This document shows positions 36,601 through 48,612 of a stretch of 64,000 nucleotides of DNA, one piece after another. Each line of letters opens with the position of its first letter. Position 1 is the stretch's first letter. Source of the stretch: Octopus bimaculoides (taxonomy: Eukaryota); NCBI RefSeq assembly GCF_001194135.2, contig NC_068983.1, positions 165,005,352-165,069,351 on the forward strand, written 5' to 3'. Position numbers and translations under genes: made by a program. The notes under the pieces are model-generated. The model was not told the DNA's origin. It searched no databases and saw only the letters and a list, made by a program, of their open reading frames with translations.

Positions 36601-37582
36601 TGTGACAAGCAACATCGATAAAACAACTGCCACGGTTTTTAAAACTATTCAGCATATTTTTGCTTGGAAAAATATATTTGAGAGTTTGTTATTGTTGCTG
36701 CTGTTGTTGATATCAAATGTAACACAAGAATTTTTCACAGTAATTCTATGGCAATGTTGCATAGAAAGAAGTGTTATGGACTTTTTTCCCTTCGAAAGCG
36801 CGTGTCTTGCAGCAAAATATTCTTGTTTATTTTTGTATCATTTTTCTCAGAAACTGAGTTCATTCACATATTTTTAGATGGTTTTGTCTATAAGTCTCGA
36901 AGCCATTTTTAGTGAAGGCAAAACAGAAAACAATACTTCATATCAAAAATATTTCTAACACACAGGGGAAAACACACACACACACACACACGTGTGTGTG
37001 TGTGTGTGGTCGGGGCATTCTTGAGTGCTACTGATAACATGAAACTGAGTAAAACTTGTTACAGGATCAGGACGTCGGCCACTAAACCACCAACACCACC
37101 AGGCCTTCCTGGTGAGTAGGGTGGGTTGTGAAATTCCTGCGGGATAAAAAAAACATAATCCACCAAAGATCGGAAGAACTCATGTGAGTCAACAACCGTT
37201 AAATTACACAGCAGGAAGTTTAAAATGCGATTGAAAGAAATGAAAGTGAAACTATATACGATGAAAGAAAACTAAAACATTATCTACTGCGATAATGTTA
37301 TATACAGACAAACAGATACCTCCATAGAGGATATCAATAGTCACCAGGATAAAGTGAGACTTTAGTAGAGAACTGAACCAAAATGGCGCGCAGTTGACAC
37401 AAACATACGTGAAGCAAGGTTGTTAACCACCCCACGGCTATGCATGGTTGGTGCCTATGTATATCTGCTGCCTGTGTATGTGCATATCTCTGCATATACA
37501 TGCATAAATGCATGTACTTAGTATTGGTGATATCTAAATAAGATTTCTCTCTCCGTCTCTTCCTTTTTCTCTCACTCTTTTT

Positions 37583-37619
<37 letters not shown>

Positions 37620-38216
37620 TATGTGTGTGCTTAAAGTATACGTTGTAACAGTAATTATTGTCAATCTTTTTCGTCATATTTTTTTCAATTTCTGATATTA
37701 CTCATGCGTTTTTATTTCGCTATTTTCGATATTTATCGATTATCTTCCCTCTCTTTATTTTTCTGTCACTTCCTTTTCTCTTGTCTGCCCCTCTCTCTCC
37801 CTTTAGCTACGAAGCCAACAAAATGAAGGTAAACTATAATTTCAATATGTAATACAACATTTGCTAAAATGAATGTTTTCAGGCAGTAGTGTGGTTGTAC
37901 AGGTCAACAATATAAATAGAACATTATAAAAGACTGTCATTGTAGTCGGTTCAAACTAGTTGTGTCTATAAATAATCTACTTCATCATTTATTAAACGAA
38001 GATAAACACGGAGATACCGGTTCTACTTTACATTTTCTGTGCTAATATAAATGTTTGAACTGAGATTAGTGAATTGTGGTGAAGTTGTACATTTAACACG
38101 TTGTATCTGTTGACAGAGGTGATGAGACGTTTGGATGCTTAGGAACGAAACGTCGACATTTTGACTTACAATCTAATACGCTTTCGACCTGTAGCCTACA
38201 GCGTAATAAATAAAAT

Positions 38217-38270
38217 CAGAAAGAGTACAACAGAAAGAGTACAACAGAAAGAGTACAACAGAAAGAGTAC
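38217..38270 (+). repeat. 14-bp tandem repeat (cagaaagagtacaa) x3.8
   Basis: Read directly; unit also occurs once in the family C/V SINE near 60032. Confidence 0.9.
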
Positions 38271-38296
38271 TCCTGAGTACAACATTCAGGATACGG

Positions 38297-38688
38297 TGCA
38301 GGCATGGCGTGTGGTTAAGAAGCTTGCCTTGCCTTGCAACCCCATGTTTACGGTTTCAATCTCACGGCACGGCACCTTGGGCAATTGCCTTCTATGTGAA
38401 CTCTGAGCCGACAAGTGCCTTGTCAGTAAATTTGATAAAAGGAAACTGTGGAAGCCCGTTGAATATATAGACATGCATGTGTGTGTGTGTGTCTTCACCA
38501 TAGCTTGCCGACGACAAACGGTTTTGGTTTGTTTACGTCCAGTAACTTAGCGGATCGGTAGAAGAAACTAACCAAGTATCAGTCCTACTAAAGTAAGTTT
38601 CGAGATCGATTTATTTGACCAAAACTTTCAAGGTAGTGCCCCAGCATGACCGCGCCCCAATGACTGAAACAAGTAAAAGATAAAAGAT
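38297..38688 (+). mobile_element. SINE family B, near full length
   Basis: Head, core, (TG)n and gaaacaagtaaaagataaaaga tail. Confidence 0.8.
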
Positions 38689-38744
38689 ATCATAGCGCTA
38701 CCAGTCACTATGGTAACTGGAAAAGCAAAAGAGAATCAGTGTCT

Positions 38745-39192
38745 TCAATCTTGTTCAAATGTTCTTTCCTACTCTAGGCACAAGGCCCGAAATTTGGGGG
38801 GAGGAGGCCAATCAATTAGATCGACCGCAGTACGCAACCGGTACTTAATTAATTTATTGACCCCGAAAAGATGAAAGGCAAAGTCAACCTCGGCGGAATT
38901 TGAACTCAGAACGTAACGGCAGACGAAATACTGCTAAGCATTTCGCCCGCTAACGTTTCTTATTTCTTTATTGCCCACGAAGGGCTAAACATAGAGGGGA
39001 CAAACAAGGACAGACAAAGGGATTAAGTCGATTACATCGACCCCAGTGCGTAACTGGTACTTAATTTGTCGACCCCGAAAGGATGAAAGGCAAAGTCGAC
39101 CTCAGCGGAATTTGAACTCAAACGTAACGGCAGACGAAATACTGCTAAGCATTTCGCCCGGCGTGCTAACGTTTCTACCAGCTCGCCGCCTT
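38745..39192 (-). mobile_element. Tandem SINE family A copies
   Basis: Two consecutive reverse-strand copies with gaccccgaaaggatgaaaggcaaagtcgacctc...gctcgccgcc. Confidence 0.9.
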
Positions 39193-40866
39193 AGGAACTT
39201 ATTTAAATATTCTTACTGATAACAATTTTGTAAGCAAACATTGACGCAGCGATTATGTTGGTGTTTAAGAAATGAAGGAAATCTCGAAAGCAGAAGAATA
39301 ACCGTGAAAACAGGTATGAGGATCAGGTAAAATGCCCTTATAGACGGAAGAAAGCGGCCAGCGAGCGGATACGGAGAGATACAAAGTTCGACTCTCAGAA
39401 GTGACTCACTGGCCACTTTTTCCCGTCTACAAGAGTATTTTATCCAATCCTTTAATCTGCTTTCACAGTTCTTCTGCATTCGAGATTTCATTTCTAAAAT
39501 TCGTTCTGATAGTAAAATTGAATGATTTAATTGGAATTATAAAGATTACTAAAAATAGTAGGGAATAACATAACTACACGTGCCTATAATTAAGTACTTC
39601 TGTTCCATCATTAATGTCCAAGTTGGAAGTAATCCTCCTGCCATTGGTGTTCATACAATTCAACGCATTCCAAAAGATATGTAGTTGCTTCTGATGATAT
39701 TTAAAAACTACAATTGTACAAGTTCCTTTTTTTACCGAATTGGTAAAATTCCCTAGTTTTTTTTCAACGAGTTTCCTTTCAATAAGTGCTGCTGCGTCGC
39801 AAGAGGCGTATCGCAACCCAAACGAATTGAAAATCGTTTTATCCCTCCTCTTGTTTTCTGCTTTATTTTGAAATTGTCATCGAAGAAACGCATTTGTGTT
39901 TGATATATTTGAAAATTAAATTACTGTTATTTGTTTTTATGGAAAATATTCTGCATTGACACGCCTTCCTCCCATTTTATTCGAATTCAATTTTACAACG
40001 ATGCAAACGCAAATTTTGTAACCCTGCACTTTACACAAACCTCTCCCCCCATTCAATCATACTGAAACTTTTGCCATATATATATATTTGTGTGTGTGTG
40101 TGTGTGTGTAACACATAACTTAGATAGATAGATAGATCGATAGCGAGAGAGACAGAGGGGGAGAGGTACGTATGGATTTTCTCGACTTTACAATTTCATT
40201 AAAGCATCCAAATTGAATGTCTTGTACTGTTTATTTGTTGTAACTGTCAGCACAATTCATTTACATACTCTCCGTAGACATCTTTCATCGTTTCGGGGTC
40301 AATAATTAAAGCTAAAGTAATAGTCCTGACTGGCAAGAGAGTAAAAGGGGATCTCCTGCTGTATCTGTACCGCTCATCCGTCCTTGGTTTAAATTCTGCT
40401 TTCTTTAAGAAGGGAAAACACTGATTATATCGGCAACGTCCTTAATCGAGTGCCCAAGTATTTCAGTTTGGCACATTCAGTGCCTGCACGGAAACTGGTA
40501 GGAAAGAACACAAGGAGAGAAGGGTACCAGCGCACAAAGTAAAGGAGAAGAATTCAAGGAGACGTCCAAGACTTGTGTATTTAACAAACGGACGACGAAT
40601 GCGGGTGTCTGAACGTGTGCGAATATTTGTATTTGCATGCGTGTGTATGCTCGTGTTTATGGCTGGTAGTGTATATGGGTATTTAGTTATATGTGTGGGC
40701 ATTTTGGTGATTTTGTTTCCTGTTTGAGAAACTACGAGATTGTTTTTTTTCTTTGCTATCTAAATATAACTGTGCGAATGAATAAAGCTTTCTATTTCTG
40801 AAATCGTTTGTCAAATATTACGGAAGTATCCAGCCACTAAGCTCATAACAGAAAGTCTTTGTGGCT

Positions 40867-40867
<1 letters not shown>

Positions 40868-40955
<88 letters not shown>

Positions 40956-40972
40956 GTTGTTGTTGTTGTTCG
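40868..40972. repeat. (GT)n then (GTT)n compound microsatellite
   Basis: Read directly. Confidence 0.97.
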
Positions 40973-41516
40973 TGTCAATGTGAATAGTGTATCAACATAT
41001 ATTTGTTACAGTGTTTGCTCTAAAAGAAAAGCGCAAACAAATTTCTCTTATGCCTGATTGTTAAGTGTTTCAATAAAATCGCTGTGGAATATTTTAAGGA
41101 ATCGATAATAATGGTTGCTGATTATTGGAGCGAACGTTCCCGAATCTTCCATTTTTATTTCCTATTCAGTCTCATTTTAGTTTTACTGAGGAATTATGTA
41201 TCTTTTGTGTTGATTGCAAAACAATAAATGCTAATTAATCTTGTTCTTATTTGGCGGAATCTTCGATTTGATATCCACAGAAATAATAATGATGATGATG
41301 ACGATGATGTTTTTAAATTTTGGCACACGACCAGCAAGTTCAGGGGTGGGGTAAGTCGATAGCATAGGCCCCAGTATTCAACAGGTACTTATGGCCAGAA
41401 CCATCAGGAAAGTATTGGGTGGTTGACGAGAACAAATAGCATGGTGACACGGGCCGCAGCTAGCAAGCCCGCTAATCATGCAAGACTTTAGGTGTTCAAA
41501 ATTTTCCCAAGACACC

Positions 41517-41860
41517 TTCCCTAAGGTTTTTTCGATATTATTATTATTATTCAGGTCACTGCCTGGAATTGAACTACGGGTATATGGCGTTGTGGTTAAG
41601 AGCGCGGACTACTAACCCCAAGATTCCGAGATCGATTCCAGGCAGTGACCTGAATAATAATAATAATAAAAATAATAATGATAATAATAATAATATCGAA
41701 AATACCTTAGGAATGAGACTCCAGGTTCGAAATTTCCCCAAGACACCTGATGAAGGCTGGAGGGTATATCAGCCGAAACATTGTGTTAACAGTAAACAAG
41801 ATGACAAATATCCGTCAAATGTAAATAATGTACATAAATACTTGTTTTCTTTAATATAGA
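41517..41860 (+). mobile_element. tRNA-head / hammerhead-tail SINE-like element with a 5' inverted partial copy
   Basis: Inverted fragment 41517-41575, head 41577-41650, (TAA)n, body, HHR 41742-41787, tail to ~41860. Confidence 0.8.
41742..41787 (+). ncRNA. Minimal type-I hammerhead ribozyme-like motif
   Basis: GACAC-CTGATGA-A-GGCTG-gagggtatat-CAGCC-GAAA-CA-TT-GTGTT; intact CUGAUGA and GAAA; stem III CG>CA relative to the 7596 copy. Confidence 0.65.
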
Positions 41861-42367
41861 CAATTTCCCCAAATCTTGCCTAATGACTTTGAAACTCCTC
41901 CGACAGCCTTTCTAATTCAATTAAACGAAAGATTCTTGTGAAGAAAATAACAATCAAACAGTTATTTATATGTTATTCCCTACTATTGTATCCCAGTTAC
42001 CATGTATCGGTTTACCTCAACTTACGTCGGTAATTGATTCCAAGACATGCACCTTAACGCGAAACACGTCATAGCACGAAAACTTTACTTTTAAAAATGT
42101 ATTAGCTGTTTTAATAAATAGTTTGTAAATCTGTTTTAATAAATAATTTGTACATATTTTCACATGGACTTTGATTATCCACATCAGTATTGTTACTTGC
42201 TTTGTTTTTGATTTTTAGGCAGTTTTAACTCTCAAAAGCCTTCCTGGTGAGTGTCATTATTGAGTTTTCCCAAAACTAGTGTGAAAAACCGTTAGCTAAA
42301 ATCGGCTGAAATACTTTTCTCGGACTCTTCTTCTTCCTTTTACCTTCTCTCTAAACTTTTCCTCTCT

Positions 42368-42394
42368 CCGACGAAGAGCCAAGCTCGAAACGTC
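42368..42394 (+). ncRNA. Hammerhead core-like motif lacking stem I
   Basis: CCGACGA-A-GAGC-caa-GCTC-GAAA-CG-TC; flanks do not pair. Confidence 0.45.
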
Positions 42395-42546
42395 ACACTC
42401 ATTTTCCCAATGAACTCGTTCACTTGGCGTCACTCTAATATACTAACAGTGTACGTGTAACTGATATATGCTCCTTTTTCCTGCTGTTTTTTATTTCTGA
42501 TTTACCTCTGTGTATATAAGAAAATGAGATGACAAAGGAATAAACG

Positions 42547-42789
42547 ATTATCTTATGAATTTCATTAGCTTACAGCTGTTTCTGCTATAAGATACAGTGG
42601 ACTCATAGTCGAGTGCTTGAGTAACATCTTATAGTTTCATCAGAGCCTCGAATGTGCAGTTTATTAATAAATTGCAATTCATATTCGAGGCTCCGACGAA
42701 ATTATACGATGTAATTCAGGCACTCAACTACGAGTCCACTGCATCTTGTAGTAGAAACAGCTGTAAGTTAATACAGTTCATAAGGTAAT
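42547..42789. mobile_element. ~240-bp foldback with long-stem-II hammerhead-like fold in each arm
   Basis: Arms complementary with ~17 mismatches in ~105 bp around tttattaataaa; minus arm GGCT-CTGATGA...GAAA-CAGCTG-TA-AGCT (42647-42567), plus arm GGCT-CCGACGA...GAAA-CAGCTG-TA-AGTT (42689-42769). Confidence 0.8.
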
Positions 42790-42918
42790 CATCTATTTCT
42801 TTGTTTCTCTTTCTCATTACCCCTCTATACTTGACTAAAGCCTCGTTCTGAGGCATAACTATACTGAGTTCTACACCAGGTTACTAGTCACGCAATGCCT
42901 AAGCGAAGTGTGTGTGTG

Positions 42919-42994
<76 letters not shown>

Positions 42995-43369
42995 CAAAAT
43001 AATAATAAGCAACTGGATATCAAGTAGTGGTACAATACGACCGTTTCAAGAGGCTCAATTTAATTGAACAATGCAATCATTACATCAATTTAAATGCAGT
43101 GCCATCTTCAGCTCCACAAATAAATAGAATTGTTCCCAAATATTTTAACAGAGCAAGAAGAAGGAAGAAATTCATGTTGTCGCTATTGTAGCTAAGAAGG
43201 ACTACACTTCCAAGAATTACATGAAGCTTATTGGGGCCATAGCATCGTAAAGGATTGTAATTCATTTATGTCTTTATCAACTACTAAATCTAAGACTAGA
43301 AGACTGTGTCTATTTTGAATAAAAGACAAGAGGGAGTTGACAGCTCATGGCTATATGTATGTATGTATG

Positions 43370-43415
<46 letters not shown>

Positions 43416-43896
43416 CATACACGCGCGTTATTTCCTGTTATTATGTGTCAGTTTTTATTTACATGTTAAACCCCACTGGGCTAAATCTCATTTACTGTTG
43501 ACAATTCAGCCCTAAAAGGAAATCCATTAGGCAGGTGGAAATTTCCGGAACGCTGAGTTATTAACACGAATTATAGACCAAATAAACATAAACATAGACC
43601 AAATAAATGATGATTGCTGGACCCCCAACAATAGAAAACCGCATTTTCCAATCTACGACTCTGCTGTCTCTAGGGCCTTTCACAGAGATATAAATATCAG
43701 ATAATAAATATGTTTTCCTCGTTGATTTTCAATCCTTGTATCTAAGCAAACGATGTTACAACAAAAATAGCACCAAAGGTGATTAAACTAATTCCACGTC
43801 TCCACGTAGTTCCATTTGATTATACCAGGCCGACGGCAAAGTATTCACATATCTACGACATTAATGCTAAGATCCATATGTTCATTACTCTACGTT

Positions 43897-43899
<3 letters not shown>

Positions 43900-43931
<32 letters not shown>
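43900..43931 (+). repeat. Poly(A) run, 32 nt
   Basis: Read directly. Confidence 0.95.
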
Positions 43932-43932
<1 letters not shown>

Positions 43933-44194
43933 ACATGACATCAATCTTCCCAGCCCCTCTGCAGAACTCTGAAAAGGAGTGACGCTGATAGCTTCAAGAC
44001 CATAAAGAGCCCGGCAAATGTAACTCAAGGCTATAAAAATCCAGATAAATTTAGTTCAAGACTTTCGAGAGACGACAAATGTGTGAACTGTTTCTCTATA
44101 GAGTTGAAAAAACACAGTTCAAGGTTATAAGAGTAGAAAAATTTAGTAGTGTTAAGGGGAGTGAGAGATAGTTATATTTTAAGGCAATAAAAAG

Positions 44195-44480
44195 TGTGGA
44201 GACACATGGTCTCCTGGTTAAAGCAGCGGGACCGTGGATTCGAATCTCAGACCAGGCGATGTGTGTGTTTATGAGCGAAACACCTAAGCTCCACGCGGCT
44301 CCGGCAGAAGGTAATGGCGAACTTCTGCTGACTCTTTCGTCACAAGTTTCTCTCACTCTTTCCTCCTGCATCTCACCTGCGACGGACCGGCGTCCAGTCC
44401 AGCCTGGAAACCTATACGCCAATGAAAGCGGGGAAACGGCCCTTATGAGCCAGGCATGACTTGAGAAGAAACAAACAGCA
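44195..44480 (+). mobile_element. SINE family C/V-like
   Basis: tggttaaagcagcgggacc...gattcgaatctc; acacctaagctccacg; cctgcgacggaccggcgtccagtccag (V-domain-like); ggcccttatgagccaggcatg. Confidence 0.8.
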
Positions 44481-44639
44481 AGGTTATATAAAAACCTAAC
44501 TGACATATAACTGGACAAACTCAATACAGGTCTTTTGAGAGAGAGAGACACATAGTTCTAGATTACAATGTGTCGAACAAACAAGGTTTTAAGTGACAGA
44601 GGCCACACATAATTCCTTGTAGATTTTAGTTGCTTCCAT

Positions 44640-46220
44640 GTATGTTCGGAGTTCAAATACTACTAACTCCAACTTTGCTTTATACTTTTTAACGTCGTTA
44701 AACAAAGTTTCAGTCAAATGCGGTAAACGATGTAATCGATTAATCCCTCCCCTCAAATTTCAGATCTTGTGCCAAAAATCTGGGGCACATTATGGGCATT
44801 TTTTTAGATCGAGCTAATACGCTGTACGATATTTCTCCCGGCTATTTATGTTCTGAGTTCAAATCCGGTCGTATGTCGACTTTTCCTGTCGTCCTTTCGC
44901 AGTAATAAAATACAGTACCAGTGAATCACTGGGGCAGATGTATTCCATTAACTCCGTCTCTCTAAAATGACTGGTCTTGTACAAAACTTTCAATTATTAT
45001 TATCATTATTATTTCGTCTGCCGCTAAGTTCTGAGTTCAAATTCCGCCAAGGTCGACTTTGCTTTTCATCCAATCAGAGTCGATTAAATAAGTACCAGTT
45101 ACGCATTCGGGTCGATGTAATTGACTAGTACCCTCCCTCAAACTTTCAAGGACTTGTACCTTCACTAGAGAGCATTATTACTATTATTATTAAGGCAGCG
45201 AGCTGGCGGAATCGTTAGCATGCTGGACAAAATGTTTAGCGGCATTTCGGCCGTCTTTACGTTCTGAGTTCAAATTCCGCCGTGGTCAACTTTGCCTTTC
45301 ATCTTTTCGGGGTCGATGAAATAAGTACCATTTACGCACAAGGATCGATGTGTATATTGTCTGTCTTTACGTTCTGAGTTCAAATTCCGCCGTGGTCGAC
45401 TGTGCCTCTCATCCTTCGGGCGCTATATAATTATAATAAGTAACAGTCAAGTACTGGGATCGATGTAATCAATTGTCCCCTACCCACAAAAATTCAGGCC
45501 TTGTGCCTACAATAAAAAGCATTATTACCATTATTATTATCAAGGTGGTGCACTAGCAGAATCTTTAGTACGCCGGACAAAATGCTTCGTGGCATTTCGT
45601 TCGTCCCATCATTCTAAATTCAAATTCTGCCGGGGTCGATTTTCGCCTTCGTCCTTTCGCGGGAAAAGGGTGATAAAATCAATACCAGTTACGCATCTCC
45701 CTAAACATTTCAGACCTTATGTCTATAATAATGATGACAATGACAACGACGACGACTATTATTATTGTTATTGTTATTGTTATTGTTATTGTTATTGTTA
45801 TTGTTGTTATTGTTGTTATTGTTGTTGTTGTTGCGGCGTTCTGGCAGAAACGTTTGCACGCCGGACAAATTGCTTAGCGGTATTTCGTCTGCCACTGCGT
45901 TCTGAGTTCGAATTCCGCCGGGGTCGACTTTGCCTTTCATCCTTTCGGGGTCGATAAATTAAGTACCAGTTACACACTGGGGTCGATATAATCGACTTAA
46001 TCTGTTTGTCTGTCCTTGTTTGTCCCCTCTGTGTGTAGCCCCTTGTGGGCAGTAAAGAAATAGGTATTTCGTCTGCCGTTATGCTCTGAGTTCAAACTCC
46101 AACGAGGCCAACTTTACCTTTCATCATTTTAGAGTCGATAAATTAAGTACCAGTAAGGGCACAGGAATCGATTTAAACCCTCCTACAAACTTACTCGCAT
46201 TGTGCTAAAATTCGAAACCG
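44640..46220 (+). mobile_element. Head-to-tail array of about 8 SINE family A copies
   Basis: Recurrent gttctgagttcaaattccgcc..ggtcgactttgcctttcatc..ggggtcgat..aagtaccag, separated by (ATT)n or (TTATTG)n/(TTG)n. Confidence 0.9.
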
Positions 46221-48199
46221 CTATTATAATTATTATCATCTTCATGTCGGCGACCATTGGTTTTTCGCAATTCATGTTTTTTTTCCAGTGATAATATTTG
46301 GTTAATCCTTTCCTGGCTCTCATACAACATATTTTAAGCTACATGGGGTAAAATGATGAAAATATTTGAGAGGGAGGCGCAGTAACCATCTCAACCGATT
46401 AATGCAACATACATATTTCTTCCACATCACCAAGTGCATATCAAGCAGCAGCAACAACAACAACAACAGCCACAGCAACCGTAATCACATCTTCCTAAGT
46501 TATATTTCTTCCACAGGTAACCATTAAAATATAATCCCAACACTGCCACCACAACCACCACCAACATCGTCATCAAGGGTGTGGGGCTAACAGTATTTTA
46601 GTTGCTTTATCACTGGTAAACTTCCTACTTAATCACAGCTACAATCACCATTAGCGTTGTCATGAGGAAAATATCCCGCCTGGTCAGAGGAGGAGATAGA
46701 ATTAAAAGATATATATTTTGGGCGGAGGGAAAAACATGAGTAGAATACATGTTACATGTTTATTTTGAAGAGTCATTATCGCTTCCATACACACCTAAAA
46801 TGTTTAACCCACTCAGCCCCACCCCCCGGCTTACCCAACTCATTTTCTTTCACCTTACGCTGCCTCTCTCTTTTGCCCTCGTCTCCCTTTCGTACACAAT
46901 TTATTCCTTTTAAGCATATTGCATTTATTTTCTCTGATTTCATTACTCAATTCCCTACGTACGAGACCCTTATTCATGTATCTACAGACAAACACGCATC
47001 CCACAAATTAGATATTCCGAGCTAATTAACATACAAACAGTATCAACATAACCTCGTGGATATTTCAATCCATGAACGTGTTTAAATCTTCGTATCCCTT
47101 ATCTCTCGACATCGCATCCTATTATTGATTTAACTAATGAACTATCTCTATAATCATCGCTCATTCAGATCTATAGATTTATCTATTGTATCGATCTGTA
47201 TTTATATATTTCAATTGAACTGCCAGTCGAAACCCCAGCATGTATATTTAACTTTAATAATTAACAGCCTATCAGTTTACGCGTGTGTGTGGGTGTAATG
47301 TTATCGATATTCACCCTAGTCTTTAATTATTTTCCATTTTCTAGCCATGCGTGCATATTTCCACTAACTTTCTGCTGAAACAACCTTGTCTCCATCCAAT
47401 TGCTTCACAACTCATTCTATCCAAAGACCCTCGCTTTTTGAATGAATCCACAGGATCTATAAACATAATTTACTGGTTGAAGATTCGGTTAAATTCCTCG
47501 ACATCTCGTTTCTGCACAGAGTTTAAGTATAAATAGTTGCTACAACATTTATAAATCAATTTCTCATCATAAATACGATGGCCTGCGTAGGCGTATGTAG
47601 CTGGAGAGATTTTAGATTGAACAGTTCAAAATTTTCCGCTCGTATCACTATTAGTATTGCTCTGCATTTAAAAAAAAAAACTGGCTTCATGAAAATGTGG
47701 CATCTTTAGTACAGTTTCACCTCTGACTTTTACTTCTTTCAAGGTTGTATTTTTGAATGAATATTACACGAGATTCAATAATATAATTGCAGGCATGTAT
47801 CTATGTTGATATGAAGGTAGATGTTTGTATGCAGACACGAAAAAATATAGAAAAATGTTTCGCCGTCATTTCAATGACTGAAATTTTAAGTAGTTCTAAG
47901 CGACCAAAATAACATTTAAAAGATTACTCCTACTCAATGTATATCAGCCATTTTTTCAAAAAATGTTGGCATCTTACCTTTTATTTATTCTTTTCTATGT
48001 CTATTCACATGTATTATATTATCATATTCTTACGACAACTGCTGCTACTAACGCCCATGTTTAGTCACTTTTACTTCTGCCATTCCTGACGATAGCAACA
48101 CGGGTAACTTGGAATCATTTTAGACGGTGTGCATGTGTGTATGTATACTGAAGTGTATATGTGAATATATACGTAAGAACACGCACACGTACGTATATA

Positions 48200-48352
48200 T
48201 ATACTTGTAAATAAAACCGGAGGTGATTAAAGCCACATTTATCTAAACAAATGACGGAAAACTGATGAACTAACTCCAGCTAGAATCGAACCCACAAATC
48301 AACGCTAACACAGCTCCTTGCGCATCCGATTGAGCCAGAACACTCAGCCAAA
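48200..48352 (-). mobile_element. tRNA-like-head short repeat in TA/CA microsatellite context
   Basis: Reverse strand tggctcaatcgg (A box) ... ggttcgattct (B box); no convincing acceptor stem. Confidence 0.45.
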
Positions 48353-48448
48353 TTTTATGTATAGATACTTAACTCATATATTACATATATAAACATGCAA
48401 ACACACACATACACACACACATGCATAAACTATATAAACATACACATA

Positions 48449-48562
48449 GGCGCAGGCGTGGCTGTGTGGTAAGTAGCTTGTTTCCCAACTACATGGTTCT
48501 GGTTTCAGTTCCACTGCATGGCATCTTGGGCAAGTGTCTTCTACTATAGCCTCGGGCCGAAG

Positions 48563-48612
<50 letters not shown>

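Noticed and set aside
38119-38154. GUGAUGA...GAAACGUC
   Set aside because: C3 mutated; no adjacent stem I
41395-41440. MARTIRKVLGG* as another RLE LINE C-terminus
   Set aside because: Only 11 codons; insufficient to call
42831-42860. UUGACUA-AA-GCCUC(guucu)GAGGC-AUAAC hairpin
   Set aside because: Only stem II is intact
43820-43940. Processed pseudogene ending in the 32-nt poly(A)
   Set aside because: No AATAAA at proper distance, no TSD, no upstream ORF
44640-46220. CRISPR-like repeat-spacer appearance (also 57606-58790)
   Set aside because: Units are ~200-bp diverged SINEs with microsatellite spacers in a eukaryotic genome; no cas genes
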